Positions 36,962 through 47,681 of a DNA stretch of 64,000 nucleotides are shown in pieces. Position 1 is the stretch's first letter, and the number at the start of each line of letters is the position of its first letter. Location of the stretch: positions 9,364,001 through 9,428,000 of the forward strand of contig CM075991.1 in assembly GCA_038087875.1 (NCBI GenBank). Direction: 5' to 3'. Position numbers and translations under genes: made by a program. The stretch comes from Malacoraja senta. Taxonomy: Eukaryota. The notes beneath the pieces are model-generated. The model saw only the letters and a program-made list of their open reading frames with translations. It did not search any database and had not been told where the DNA came from.

Positions 36962-37975
36962 TCAGCGGTGGAATAGGCGGAGGACGATGGCTGACCTTAG
37001 TGGAGCGTCACAATGGCTCGGAAGGCGGATGAAGGCTGCAGCAGAAAAGGGTCTCCGGTCGTCTTGGACTCCATGCCACTGGATCCTGACCCAGATCTGT
37101 CAAGGACCGTTGGGTGGCTGTCTGTGCACCAGTCCCACCACGTTAAACAAAGTCACCCACAGGCGTCCTCCATAGAGGGAATAGCACCCTGGGGACACCC
37201 ATGGTCAGCCATGACCGAAGTAAGTAAAGTAAGTCTTACTGACTATGCATGTCATCATCTGCCGTCACGTGAAACGAGTATGACTGTCCTCATCGAGTGC
37301 ATGACTTTGTTTAACGTGGGGAGACTGGTGCACAGACAGCTCCTTGACAGATCTGGGTCAGGATCCAGTGGCATGGAGTCCAAGACAACCAGAGACCCTT
37401 TTCTGCTGCAGCCTTCATCCGCCTTCCCAGCCGTTGTGACGCTCCACTAAGGTCAGCCATCATCCTCCGCCTGTTCCACCATTGAGGTCTTTTTTTTTTT
37501 TTATCAAAAAATATATTCAATTATTAAAAAAATAATATTTACACGACAATAAAACAAGCCAGAACCAACCACCATAATAGAATACAAACATATATCCATA
37601 ATAAACTACTATACAACTATGATACAATCCTTATTGAGGATCCATTCAACACCCTGCGGAGCCCAGCGGTCCCAGAACTCCCCCAGGGTGCCCGTGGACA
37701 GGGCATATTCCCTTTCTAACCCCACCCGGGCACGGACGTAACCCCGGAAAAGGGGCAGGCAGCCGGCTCGGGTAAAGTACTCCACCGCCTGGCGCCTTGA
37801 CTCACGGATGGCCAGCTTGGCCAGGCCCAGGAGCAACCCAACCAGGACATCTTCAGCCCTACCCTCTCCCCTACCGTTGAGGTCTTGGTTGGATTGCTCT
37901 TTGTAAGGGACCTCCCCCTCGACCTTACCGCCATGGGTGGCCCTACCAGGAGCAGAGCTCTAGACAGCATGCACA
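36962..37975. mobile_element. RTE-clade (Rex3/Expander-like) 5'-region fragments in inverted arrangement
   Basis: 36967-37157 is the reverse complement of 37302-37480. The minus copy continues at 37873-37975 after a Tx1 insertion. Family assignment rests on remembered resemblance to RTE 5' regions only. Confidence 0.5.
37492..37872 (-). mobile_element. Tx1-like LINE 3' fragment
   Basis: LLGLAKLAIRESRRQAVE...CLPLFRGYVRARVGLEREYALSTGTL is homologous to the end of ORF2 at 1592-5314; poly(A). TSD ACC(A/G)TTGAGGTCTT at 37478-37491 and 37873-37886. Confidence 0.92.
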
Positions 37976-38149
37976 GTAGTGGCTGCCCCGTCAGAAATGC
38001 CTGTCTGTTCCCCTGACTATCAAGTCCCTACCACCGACTGGTTATCCCATGCCCTTCCTAGATGCAGACAGATAAAACAGTGGTATTTAAGAGGCTTTTA
38101 GATAGGTATATGGGGTATGCAGGGAATGGAGAATAATGGATCACGTGCG

Positions 38150-38451
38150 GCAGGGTGGGGCAACAGTAGGGTTACTGCCTCACAACGCCAGAGACCCGGG
38201 TTTGATCCCGACTACGGGTGCTGTCTGTACAGAGTTTGTACGTTCTCCCTATGACCGCGTGGGTTTTCTCCGAGATTTTTGGTTCCCACCCACGCTCCAA
38301 AGACATTCATGTTTGTGGGTTAATTGGTTTGGTGTAAATGTAAATTGTCCATAGTGTGCGTAGGATAGTGTTCGTGTGCGGGGATCGCTGGTCGGCGCGG
38401 ACTCGGTGGGCCAAAGGGCCTGTTTCCACGCGATATCTCTAAACTAAACTA
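38150..38451 (+). mobile_element. HE1-like V-SINE
   Basis: tRNA-like head, core, CR1-type tail ending TAAACTAAACTA. Confidence 0.85.
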
Positions 38452-38695
38452 CACCCCAGCGGTATGAACATTGACTTCTCCAATTTCAGGTAGTCCTTCC
38501 TTTCTCCCTCCTTCCCCTCCCCTTCCCAGCTCTCCCACAGCCCACTGTCTCTGCCTCTTACTTTCTTTTTCCCGCCCCACCCCCCCCTCTCCCGAAATCA
38601 GTCTGAAGAAGGGTCTCGACCCGAAACGTGGCCTATTCCTTCGCTCCATAGATGCTGCCTCACCCGCTGAGTTTCTCCAGCATTTTTGTCTACCT
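38452..38695 (+). mobile_element. Penelope-like element 3' fragment: ORF C-terminus plus pseudo-LTR with hammerhead motif
   Basis: Frame 38449-38493 reads LHPSGMNIDFSNFR*, typical of the end of a Penelope GIY-YIG domain. A pyrimidine tract follows, then CTGAAGAAGGGTCTCGACCCGAAACGTG at 38603-38630. Inserted in the SINE tail (TAAACTAA(A/G)CTA duplicated). Confidence 0.8.
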
Positions 38696-40624
38696 TAAAC
38701 TAAGCTAAAGATAGACACAAAATACTGGAGTAACTCAGTGGGTCAGGCAGCAAGCTAAACTAAATTCTCCATCACCGACTCCTTATCCCTCATCGTTCCT
38801 TGCTTGGAGACAGATACAATAGTGGTATTTAAGAGGCTTTTAGATAGGCATATGGGGTATGCAGGGAATGGAGAACAATGGGTCACATGCAGTGAGAGAA
38901 GGTTAGTATAATTCGGAGTCATGTTCGGCACAGACATTGTGGGCTGAAGGGCCCATTAATGAGCTGTGTTCTATGGTGCCACTGGTTTGCTTTCTGTTGC
39001 TTTCTCTGAATTGCCAATGCCCCTTGACCAACAGTATCCAGAGTGGGTTAGGTTAATTGGCTTCAGTAAAATTGTAAATTGTCCCATAGGTTGCAGGACA
39101 GTGCCAGTGACACAGAATGCTGGAGTTACTCAGCGGGTCAGGCAGCATCTCTGGAGAAAAGGAATAGGCGACGTTTTGGGTCTCAGATCCCTTCGGGTCA
39201 GGCTGAAAGATAGAGAAGGTCAGGACAGAAGGGGCGGAGAGGGCAGCGGCCGCAGTCAGTCATGACCCAGGAAGCTGACTAACTTGACAGAAAACAGAAC
39301 TGCGAATGAAATTAACTGCTTTAGAAACGCTCCCAGCCATCCGCATGCCACATTAATAGTGAAATCTATAAATCTATAACTTGCAGATGACTTGGGTACC
39401 ACAGTGGGGCAACTAGTTGAGCTGCTTCCTTTTATACGCTAGAGACCCAGTTCAATCCTGACCTCAGGTGCTGCCTGTGTGGAGTTTGCACGTTGTCCTT
39501 GTGACACCATGGATTTCCTCTGGGAGCCCCAGTTTCCTCTCACATCACAAAGACGTGCAGGTTTGTAGATTAATTGGCCTTTGGACTTCAGACTTTTGAG
39601 ATACAGCGCAGAAACAGGCCCTTTGGCCACCGAATCCGCGCCGACCGGTGATCACCCATAGCTAGTACTTTCCCACAAACTAAGGGACAATTTACAATTT
39701 TACTTAAGCTAATTAATCGACAAACCTGTACGTCTTTGGAGTGTGGGAGGAAACCGGAGCACCCGGGGAAAACCCACGCGGTCACTGGGAGAATATACAA
39801 ACTCCATACAGACAGCACCCGTAGTCAGGATAGAACCCGGGTCTGCTCCACCCAGCCGCCACTCTGTAAATTGCCCCTTGTGTAGGGAGTGGAGGGCAAA
39901 TGGGATAACATAGAACTAGTGTGAACTGGTGATCAATGTGGATGTGGTAGGCCGAAGGGCCTGTTTCTATGCTGTATCTCCAAACAGAAAACTACAGATA
40001 AACCTGAACGCAGGAACTATCAAAACCACCAGCGACTTGAATATTCAGGATGCTTCAGGTATGACTGAATATATACACAAAGTTATTGAATTATGGCACA
40101 GGTTGATTGATCAAGACATTATCAATTCTCCCAATATATGTTTTTAAAATATTTGCCATCACACATCTCAGTCCTTGCTGTCTCAAGACAGGGTTAAATT
40201 ACCAACTATTTATCTGACTGAGAGCAAGTGAATCGAAAGGTTCCATGCAGTTGCTAGGCAACAAGAGGAATTTATAAATGACAGGAAAGCAGGTGATTTC
40301 TTCAATAATATGTGGAGCTACATTCCAGACATGCATAAAGCAGACGGTATATTGCTACGAAGTGGTGTGACACTGCAAAATATTGTCACCATGAGAAGCT
40401 TTACGAAGAGTTGAATGTGCGTACGTGTTGGCTGTGCCTAACATGGCCTGCACTTAAAACAGAGGAAGAATTTCAAACTCACAGACCTCAGCCAACCAAC
40501 ATTTTATGATATGTCCATACATTTCTAAGAGTGGCAGCACAAGTAGATAGAGTGATTAAAGAAAAAGGAATCTGCAATGTCTGCATACATAGTCCATGGC
40601 AGAGAATATATGAGCTGGAATATC

Positions 40625-41072
40625 ATTGTAATTTCTGGAGTTGACAGTGCCCTGGCAAGTGCGTATTGAAGAAGCTAATGAGACGAAACGCGCAAAGTTC
40701 CAGGAACTGGTGGAGATGTGCCAGGATAGCGGCTGGAAGACATACAATGAGCCCGTGGAGGTGGGCTGTAGAAGCTTTGCAGGACGCTCACTCTGCAAAG
40801 TCCTCAACCAGTTGGGCATTACGGGGCTGGCAAAGAAAGAAGAGGGCCATTCAATCCGCAAGCGAAGCCGCAGAGAAAGCCACTAGGTGGCTTTGGATTA
40901 AGAGGGCTGATCCGTGGGCGGTTGTTGCTGGGACGCAAGTCGGGGCCTGATCAATCCCGGCTGGGTGGCCTGGGCGAGGGTGTCTGATGTTGTGAGACCC
41001 GAAACACCCAATGACCCCAGATCACATCACTGAGGATGCGTCCCAGCGCATCTAGAAGATGTATCTTTCACA
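40625..41072 (+). mobile_element. Hero-clade (R2 group, restriction-like endonuclease) non-LTR retrotransposon 3' fragment, one frameshift
   Basis: LELTVPWQVRIEEANETKRAKFQEL...GWKTYNEPVEVGCRSF...LGITG / KKRAIQSASEAAEKATRWLWIKR...PW is the RLE C-terminal signature; stop TGA at 40948-40950. Confidence 0.85.
40927..41047 (+). ncRNA. Candidate topologically permuted (pseudoknotted) hammerhead-like ribozyme in the Hero 3' end
   Basis: GGGUGU-C-UGAUGU (40978-40990); GAAACACCC (41001-41009); ACAUCA-CUGAGGA (41024-41036). Stems III and I are each 6 perfect base pairs. An 11-bp closing helix pairs 40927-40937 with 41037-41047. Confidence 0.5.
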
Positions 41073-41109
41073 CAGTTTGGTTTATTGTTGTCACATGTAC
41101 CAAGATACA

Positions 41110-41753
41110 TCATGGATTTTGGAGTGATATTTTCGAAATATTTACAAAATTATTGAAGACAAAAATGGAACCCAATAATGAATTGATTATATTTGGGGTA
41201 ATGGAAGACGGGAACAAATTGAGCTCATCTGAAAAGTCAATTTTTAATTATGGTTTAATAATAGCAAAAAAATTAATATTTAAATTTTGGAAAAATACAC
41301 CAATACCAACGCTCAAAATGTGGATTGCAAGTATGTTGGATACCGCACATCTTGAGGAAATGCGATTCCTCCTAATAGATAAATTTGACCAATTCATACG
41401 AGTTGGTCTCCATTTGTCGTCTTTTTGGAAACATATGGTGCAAAACAGGTGTAAAAGCTAATCCGTGACTGCGGATGGTCAAGATTATAAATGATCTCCT
41501 TCTATTTTCTTTTCTTCTCTTCTTTTCTTTTATTCTCTTTCTTCTATTTTCTGTCTCAACTTTCTTTTTTCATTCTTTATTTTTCTTTTTCACACACTAT
41601 ATATCTCACATTTTTCTATTTTTCATTAGCTAACTTTTTTCTTTTTCTTCTTTATTTCAAAAAAAAATTTAAATAAGAAGCTGTACATAAAAGGTATTAT
41701 GAAAATATGATTGTATAAAATTGTACTTACTTCTAATAAAATAAAAATATTAA
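41110..41753 (+). mobile_element. L1-clade (fish-type) LINE 3' fragment
   Basis: FWSDIFEIFTKLL...LIIFG...YGLIIAKKLIFKFWKNTPIPTLKMWI...LEEMRF; T-rich UTR, AATAAA and A-rich tail. Perfect 17-bp TSD ACATGTACCAAGATACA at 41093-41109 and 41754-41770. Confidence 0.88.
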
Positions 41754-42332
41754 ACATGTACCAAGATACAGTGAAAAGCTTTTTTGTTGCTATCCAGTTA
41801 GCGGAAATCGTGATCAACAAATCATTGGAATTCTTGATCTCTTAGAGCTGTGGTCTGTGCTCAGTGAGTATAAAGAGGGGCAAGGCCAACATATACTCAT
41901 GCACATGTAGGGGGATCAGGGGATATGGGGATCAATCTTGCAAACGTATCTGAGGAATGGGATCATTCCTTAAAGGCAGAACAATATGGGGGAACCTAAT
42001 GGTCTATCCTTGCTCTATTTCTCGTGAGCATTAGGAGGTAGTTGAGGCTGGTACTATAAAAACACTTAAAAGGCATGGAGAGGAAGGTTTAACGGGATAA
42101 GGGCCAAACACACACAAGTAGGATTAGTGTTGATAGGGCATCTTGGTGGGCTTGGGCAAGTTGGGCCGAATTGTCTGTTTCCGCACAGTATGGCTCTATG
42201 ACTCCATGGCAGAATCTTTCTTGGCCATTCTTTTGGCATTGAGTACAAGAATATTTTTCGTGAAGCTTCATCATTATGCAGAATCCTTGGGAAAGGTGCA
42301 CAAGTTTCTGAGTGGGATCGGTTTGACGATTA

Positions 42333-42630
42333 GGGCGGCATAGTGGCACAGCGGTAGAGTTGCTGCCTTACAGCATCCAGAGACCCGGGATCGATCCTGA
42401 CTAGGGTATTGTCTGTACGGAGTTTCTACATCCATTTTCCCAGGTGCTCCGGTTTCCTCCCACACTCCAAAGACGTACAGGTTTGCAGGTTAATTGGCAT
42501 CGGTAAAGATCGTAAATTGTCCTTAGTGCGTACGATAGTGCTGGTATACGGGGATCGCTGGTCAGCGTGGACTAGGTGGGCCGAAGGGCCTGTTTACATG
42601 CTGTACCTCAAACTAAAAACCAAACTAAAC
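42333..42630 (+). mobile_element. HE1-like V-SINE
   Basis: GGGCGGCATAGTGGCACAGCGG head, core and CR1-type tail. Confidence 0.85.
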
Positions 42631-44351
42631 GGCCTGGTAGCTGAGTTCCTCCAGCAGTGTATTTTTTTGCTTCAAATTCCAGCATCTGCAGTCATTTGTG
42701 TCTCTTAATTAATGCTTTTTAAAAAATCTTATTTATAATTTTGTTTTACTAACTGGTTGCAATTGGAGAAGAACCACCCAATTTCCTGATTTGGCCTGGT
42801 TTATGGAGAAACAAGAAATTGCAGATGCTGGTTTACACAAAAGGGCACAAAGTGCTGGAGTAACTCAGCAGGCCAGGCAGCATCCCTGGAGCACATGGAT
42901 AGGTAACACTTCAGGTTGGGAAGAAAGGTCACCTATCCATGTTCCCCAGAGATTCTACCCGCCCCGTTGAGTTACTCCAGCACTTTGTGCCCTTTCTGCC
43001 TTGTCATCTCCATCTCTGCCTTTCTTTTGGTTAGTTGTACGCTGCCCCCATGCACGATTTGACCAACAGCCGCGACCTGGGTGTGTGACGGAGGGGATAT
43101 AACCATGAATCATCTGCAAGACGTCCATCACTAGTACTGCCTGGAACTGAACAGACCTCGATTTTGTCAACAGAAAGAAGAAGACAAATGGGAAAAAAAA
43201 GTAGTCTCACTCAATTACATTTCCAATTCTGAATGTAATTATTATTCTCCGAGGCTACACGGTTTTTCAATACCAGAGCTTCCTCTCCCATTACAAGGAG
43301 CAAGGTTATGATGGAAAGGTAAGTTGATTGCTTATGAAAATCCATGCTGGAATTTTACAGATAGAAAAGGTTTCCCAGTGTTTCACATTGTCACTTCAAG
43401 CCTTTCATCTAACTGACAATGATTGCTCTTAATGTTTGAAAAGATAAAGAGCTAAATCAATTTCTCCAACTTGTGGACCATCACACAAATATCTGTTCAT
43501 TGGTGACTATTAATTAAGGAAGACTGGGTTGTGAACTTTCATAAATGTTTCATGGTTTGATCATCATAAACTATAGTGGAAACCCATTAAGGATTTTTTT
43601 TTTTGGAGTGCATGTTATCCTATCAAAGCCAATTAACATATTCGTGGAGCGAAGCAGACAAATGCTTTCGGACTTGAAGCTGTCTCTAAATTCAAAGGGT
43701 AAATGCAAAGTCCCACATCTTTCAGCAGTAGATCTAACAACATAAACTGCACCCGGATGTGAGCTTCAGCTACCAGACTGGACCTCCCAATCCAATTGAA
43801 CCCTTGGCTGGCTATCTTCGGAAGCACATGACACAGTTTGAAGAGAGAAACTAGCTCGCAAGCACTAAAGATATCGACTTGACTCCTGTACTATCAAGGG
43901 CAGAAGTGACTCTTAAGTTTGAATATGACGGTTTGTAGAAATGAATTTTAAAGGAAAATGAGCCCGTGAGGAAGACCAGGAAATTGATTGACAGAACTCC
44001 TTGTCTGTGTATTGTAACTGTGCAGGGTTTGCCCATTGACTCGTTTATGTAAACATTGATTCTGAGGGGAAAAAACTGTTTTTACGTGTAAATAAACGGC
44101 TGGGACATTTCGGGTTAAGACCCTTCTCCAGACCCAATTCCTTCTCTCCAGAGATGCTGCCATGTCAATGGAAATTGATTGATTCTTGATTGGTGCAGGG
44201 GTTATGGGGAGAAGGCAGGAGAATCGGGTTGGGAGGGAAAGATAGATCAGCCATGATTGAATGGCGGAGTAGACTCGATGGGCCGACTGGCCTAATTCTG
44301 TTACACTCGCTTATGAACATGATACAAAAGCTTTTCACTGTACCTCAGCAC

Positions 44352-45017
44352 ATTCCGGAAGTGGCGGCGCTGTTAATCAGCTGCGGCTCGCCTGCAGTCC
44401 GTCTGTTTTTACTTTTTCTGTTGGTTTATTTTGTCCTGTTTTGTTAAGTTTTAGTTTGTTGGGTTGTGTTAGGGGGGGAGAAACATGTCCTCTGTCTCCT
44501 CCTTCGGGGGAATGCAACTTTTTCGTGTCGCATCCCCCTTCCCTGCCTCCGTCTGCGGTGAGGCCTAATGGCGGAGCTGGCCGCCTCCATCCTGCGACCG
44601 ACCCCGAGGCTACGGAGGCAGAGCCAGCCAGGACTTACCAACGAGATGCTGGCCGTCTTCGGGGCTGAGGCAGCGGTGGCCCGACTTGCTGGTGCGGCGT
44701 TCTGGCTTTCGGCGGCGGCCTGGAGCTGATGCAGCGGGGTCCGGAGCGGAGACTGCGGGACCTGGAGCTGGTGCGGTGGGGTCCGGAGCGGAGACTGCGG
44801 GACCTGGAGCTGATACAGCGGGGTCCGGAGCGGAGACTAAGACTTTGCCTCCATCACAGTGAGGGTGTGCTTGGTGAACTCACTGTGGTGGATGTTTAAT
44901 TTGTGTTTATTGTATGTTTTGTTATTATTGGTTCTGTGTATGACTGCAGGCATCACAATTTCGTTCAGACCGAAAGGTCTGAATGACAATAAAGGAAACT
45001 TGATTCTTGATTCTTGA
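44352..45017 (+). mobile_element. Non-autonomous retroposon with GC-rich body, internal 42-bp tandem repeat and Rex1-type tail
   Basis: Starts near CCGGAAGTGGCGGCG. 42-bp repeats at 44719, 44761 and 44803. 3' hairpin TTCAGACC-GAAA-GGTCTGAA, then GACAATAAA and (TTGATTC)n. Confidence 0.6.
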
Positions 45018-45124
45018 TGTGGCAATAATAAAATTAAAAACCTCCCATCCCAATCAAACGCAGTATAGGTCCAATCAGCAATTTGTGACTGTTCCTAGGG
45101 TGACATACTAACGACACACAACAT

Positions 45125-45595
45125 AAAACATAGGTGGAGATTTAGGCCATTCGGCCCATTGAGTCTGTTCCGCAATTCAATCATGGTTGATGTATTTTTA
45201 CTCTCAACCCCATTCTATTGTGAGTGTAGATCAGCCATGATTGAATGACGGAATAGACTTGATGGGCCGCTCTGCTCCTATAACACATGAATTCTCCTGT
45301 CTTCTCCCTGTAACCTTTGACGTCCTTATTAATCAAGAAGCTATCAATTCCCGCTGTCAAAATACCCAATGACTTGGCCTCCACCACTGTCGGAGGCAAT
45401 GAATACCACAGATTCACCACCCATTGGTTAAACAAACTCCTCCTCATCTCCATTCTAAAGGTACGTCCTTTTATTCTGAGGCTGTACCCTCTGGTCCTAG
45501 ACTCTCCCACTACTGGAAACATCCTCTCCACGCTATCTACGCCTTTCATTACTCGGTGGGCTTCAATGAGACTTCCTCCTCATCCTTCTCAGCTC
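45125..45595 (-). mobile_element. CR1-clade LINE 3' fragment
   Basis: KGVDSVERMFPVVGESRTRGYSLRIKG...WVVNLWYSLP. Confidence 0.8.
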
Positions 45596-45746
45596 CATCA
45601 AGTACTGGCCTAAGTCAATGGTGAACAAATTAATCCTGGAGGGGTTACTTTGACTCCTGGTGTGTATGTGTGATGTTATATTCTTGGTTTCCTGGTCCTC
45701 CAAAAATATTCCAAGTGGAATTTAAGCTGGAGGTGGATATTCCTGG

Positions 45747-45880
45747 TGTTTAAGAAGGAACTGCAGATGCTGGAAAATCGAAGGTAGACAAAAGTGCTGG
45801 AGAAACCCAGCGGGTGCAGCAGCATCTATGGAGCGAAGGAAATAGGCAACGTTTCGGATCAGAACCCTTCTTCAGACTGA
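45747..45880 (-). mobile_element. Penelope-derived short insert with hammerhead motif
   Basis: Minus strand CTGAAGAAGGGTTCTGATCCGAAACGTT. Degenerate TSD G(A/G)TATTCCT(G/A)G at 45736-45746 and 45881-45891. Confidence 0.8.
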
Positions 45881-46650
45881 GGTATTCCTAGCTTATTTCT
45901 GGCTTGTGGCTATTCCTGGCTTGTGAGCATTGAAAGCACAGATACAGCAACATCCTAACAATCATATAAATATATATTTTTCTTCCGAAGAAAACCCCCC
46001 CCACCTCTTTTGTTCAGAAGAACATCCTTAACAATACTTCCAAATAAAGGTTGACACTTTATTTTTGCAGGCATGGTGAATAATGAAACATTCCGCGGCC
46101 AAATGATAAATACCATTTAACATGCGCGTTCCAACGACACTGATGCTTAGCTGTGTACAGGTTGGCTGACTCCATATAATAGAGAATAAATTGTTTTCTA
46201 CCTAACACTAGCATTCTAATACTTTTGCCCTCAAAATGCATTTTCTTAACCCCGAGCAGTTACAGAGTCACCGTTGTGTGGAGAATCCATTGTATTGAGG
46301 AATATTATCACACGCAGACCAAAGAAATTACCCTCAAATGCGACTGGATCTAAAAGGACAAGTGGACCATAATATAATAATAATAATATATTTCTACCTT
46401 GTAACAAGGACATTATATGTTAAGTACATTTGTTGAACTAATGGTCTATTATCTTTTTTGTGAAGGTAGTCTTGCTTTATTAATTTCAATTCAGGAGAGG
46501 TTGACCCACATGGAACAAGGTCTTTCAGATTCAGTGATGAGTTTAAGTCATAGTCGTACCTGCGGGAGAATGTAAGAACAATTTTGTGGACAAATGGGCA
46601 GAGGAATCTTCAGACCCAGATTCACAGCAACGGAACCAATTTAGAAGACC

Positions 46651-46782
46651 ATCTGAAGAAGGGTCTCGACCCGAAACGTCATCCATTCCTTCTCTCCTGA
46701 GACGCTGCCTGTCCTGCTGAGTTACTCCAGCATTTTGTGTCTATCTTCGATGTTAACCAGCATCTGCAGTTCCTTCCCACAC
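46651..46782 (+). mobile_element. Penelope-derived short insert with intact minimal hammerhead motif
   Basis: CTGAAGAAGGGTCTCGACCCGAAACGTC at 46653-46680, followed by the conserved tail. Confidence 0.83.
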
Positions 46783-47096
46783 AATTAAAATACCAATCTC
46801 TTGGCTCTTTACAGTCAGACTATCCACCGTGAGCATAGATCAGATGTAAGCTTACAGTTAGAATATGCAGAAGGAACCAACCACTCGGCCCTTCAAACCT
46901 ATCCCACCATTCAATGTGATCATGCTTGAACTGCCCCAGGCCTCAACCCCTGGGGTCCATGGAGTCGTACAGCATGGAAACAGGCCCTTCGGCCCAACTT
47001 GTCCACACCAACCACCATGACCCATCTACACTAGTCCCACCAGCCAGCATTTGGCCCATATCCCTCTCAACCTGTCCTATCCATATACCTGTCTAG

Positions 47097-47253
47097 GAAA
47101 TAGGCAATGTTTCAAGCCAAAACCGTCTGAAGAAGGGTTTCGGCCCGAAACGTTGCCTATTTCCTTCGCTCCATAGATGCTGCCTCACCCGTTGAGTTTC
47201 TCCAGCACTTTTGTCTACCTTCGATTTTCCAGCATCTGCAATTCCTTCTTAAA
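47097..47253 (+). mobile_element. Penelope-derived insert with short inverted 5' arm and intact hammerhead motif
   Basis: CTGAAGAAGGGTTTCGGCCCGAAACGTT at 47127-47154. Perfect 15-bp TSD CATATACCTGTCTAG at 47082-47096 and 47254-47268. Confidence 0.87.
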
Positions 47254-47394
47254 CATATACCTGTCTAGTTGTTTTTGAAACCAAACTTAAACTAACATGG
47301 CTGCCTCTTTAGTTTAGGTTAGTTTAGTTTATTTTAGTTTAGAAATTCTGCACAGAAATAGGCCCAAAGGACCTAGTCCACACTGACCTGATGT

Positions 47395-47681
47395 AGAGAT
47401 ACAGCGTGGAAACAGGCAGTTCATCCCACCAACTAGCTATCCCTGGACATTACCACTACCCTACACACACCAGGGATAATTTTACATTGATACCAAAGCC
47501 AATTAACCTACAAACCTGTACATCTTTGGAGTGTGGGAGGAAACCGAAGATCTCGGAGAAAACCCACGCAGGTCACGGGGAGAACATACAAACTTTGTAC
47601 AGACAGCACCCGTGGTCAGGATTGAACCCAGGTCTCTCACGGTGTGAGGCAGTAACTCTACCCCTGCGCCACCGTGCCACC
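47395..47681 (-). mobile_element. HE1-like V-SINE
   Basis: A box TGGCGCAGGGG, B box GGTTCAATCC, conserved core. Confidence 0.85.

Noticed and set aside
43030..43140. Possible minus-strand exon (acceptor-like ttccag, then STSDGRLADDSWLYPLRHTPRSRLL...)
   Set aside because: No recognisable homology and no partner exons; not distinguishable from chance.
44719..44838. Regularly spaced 42-bp repeats, considered as a CRISPR array
   Set aside because: Head-to-tail tandem units with no unique spacers, eukaryotic context, and no cas genes.
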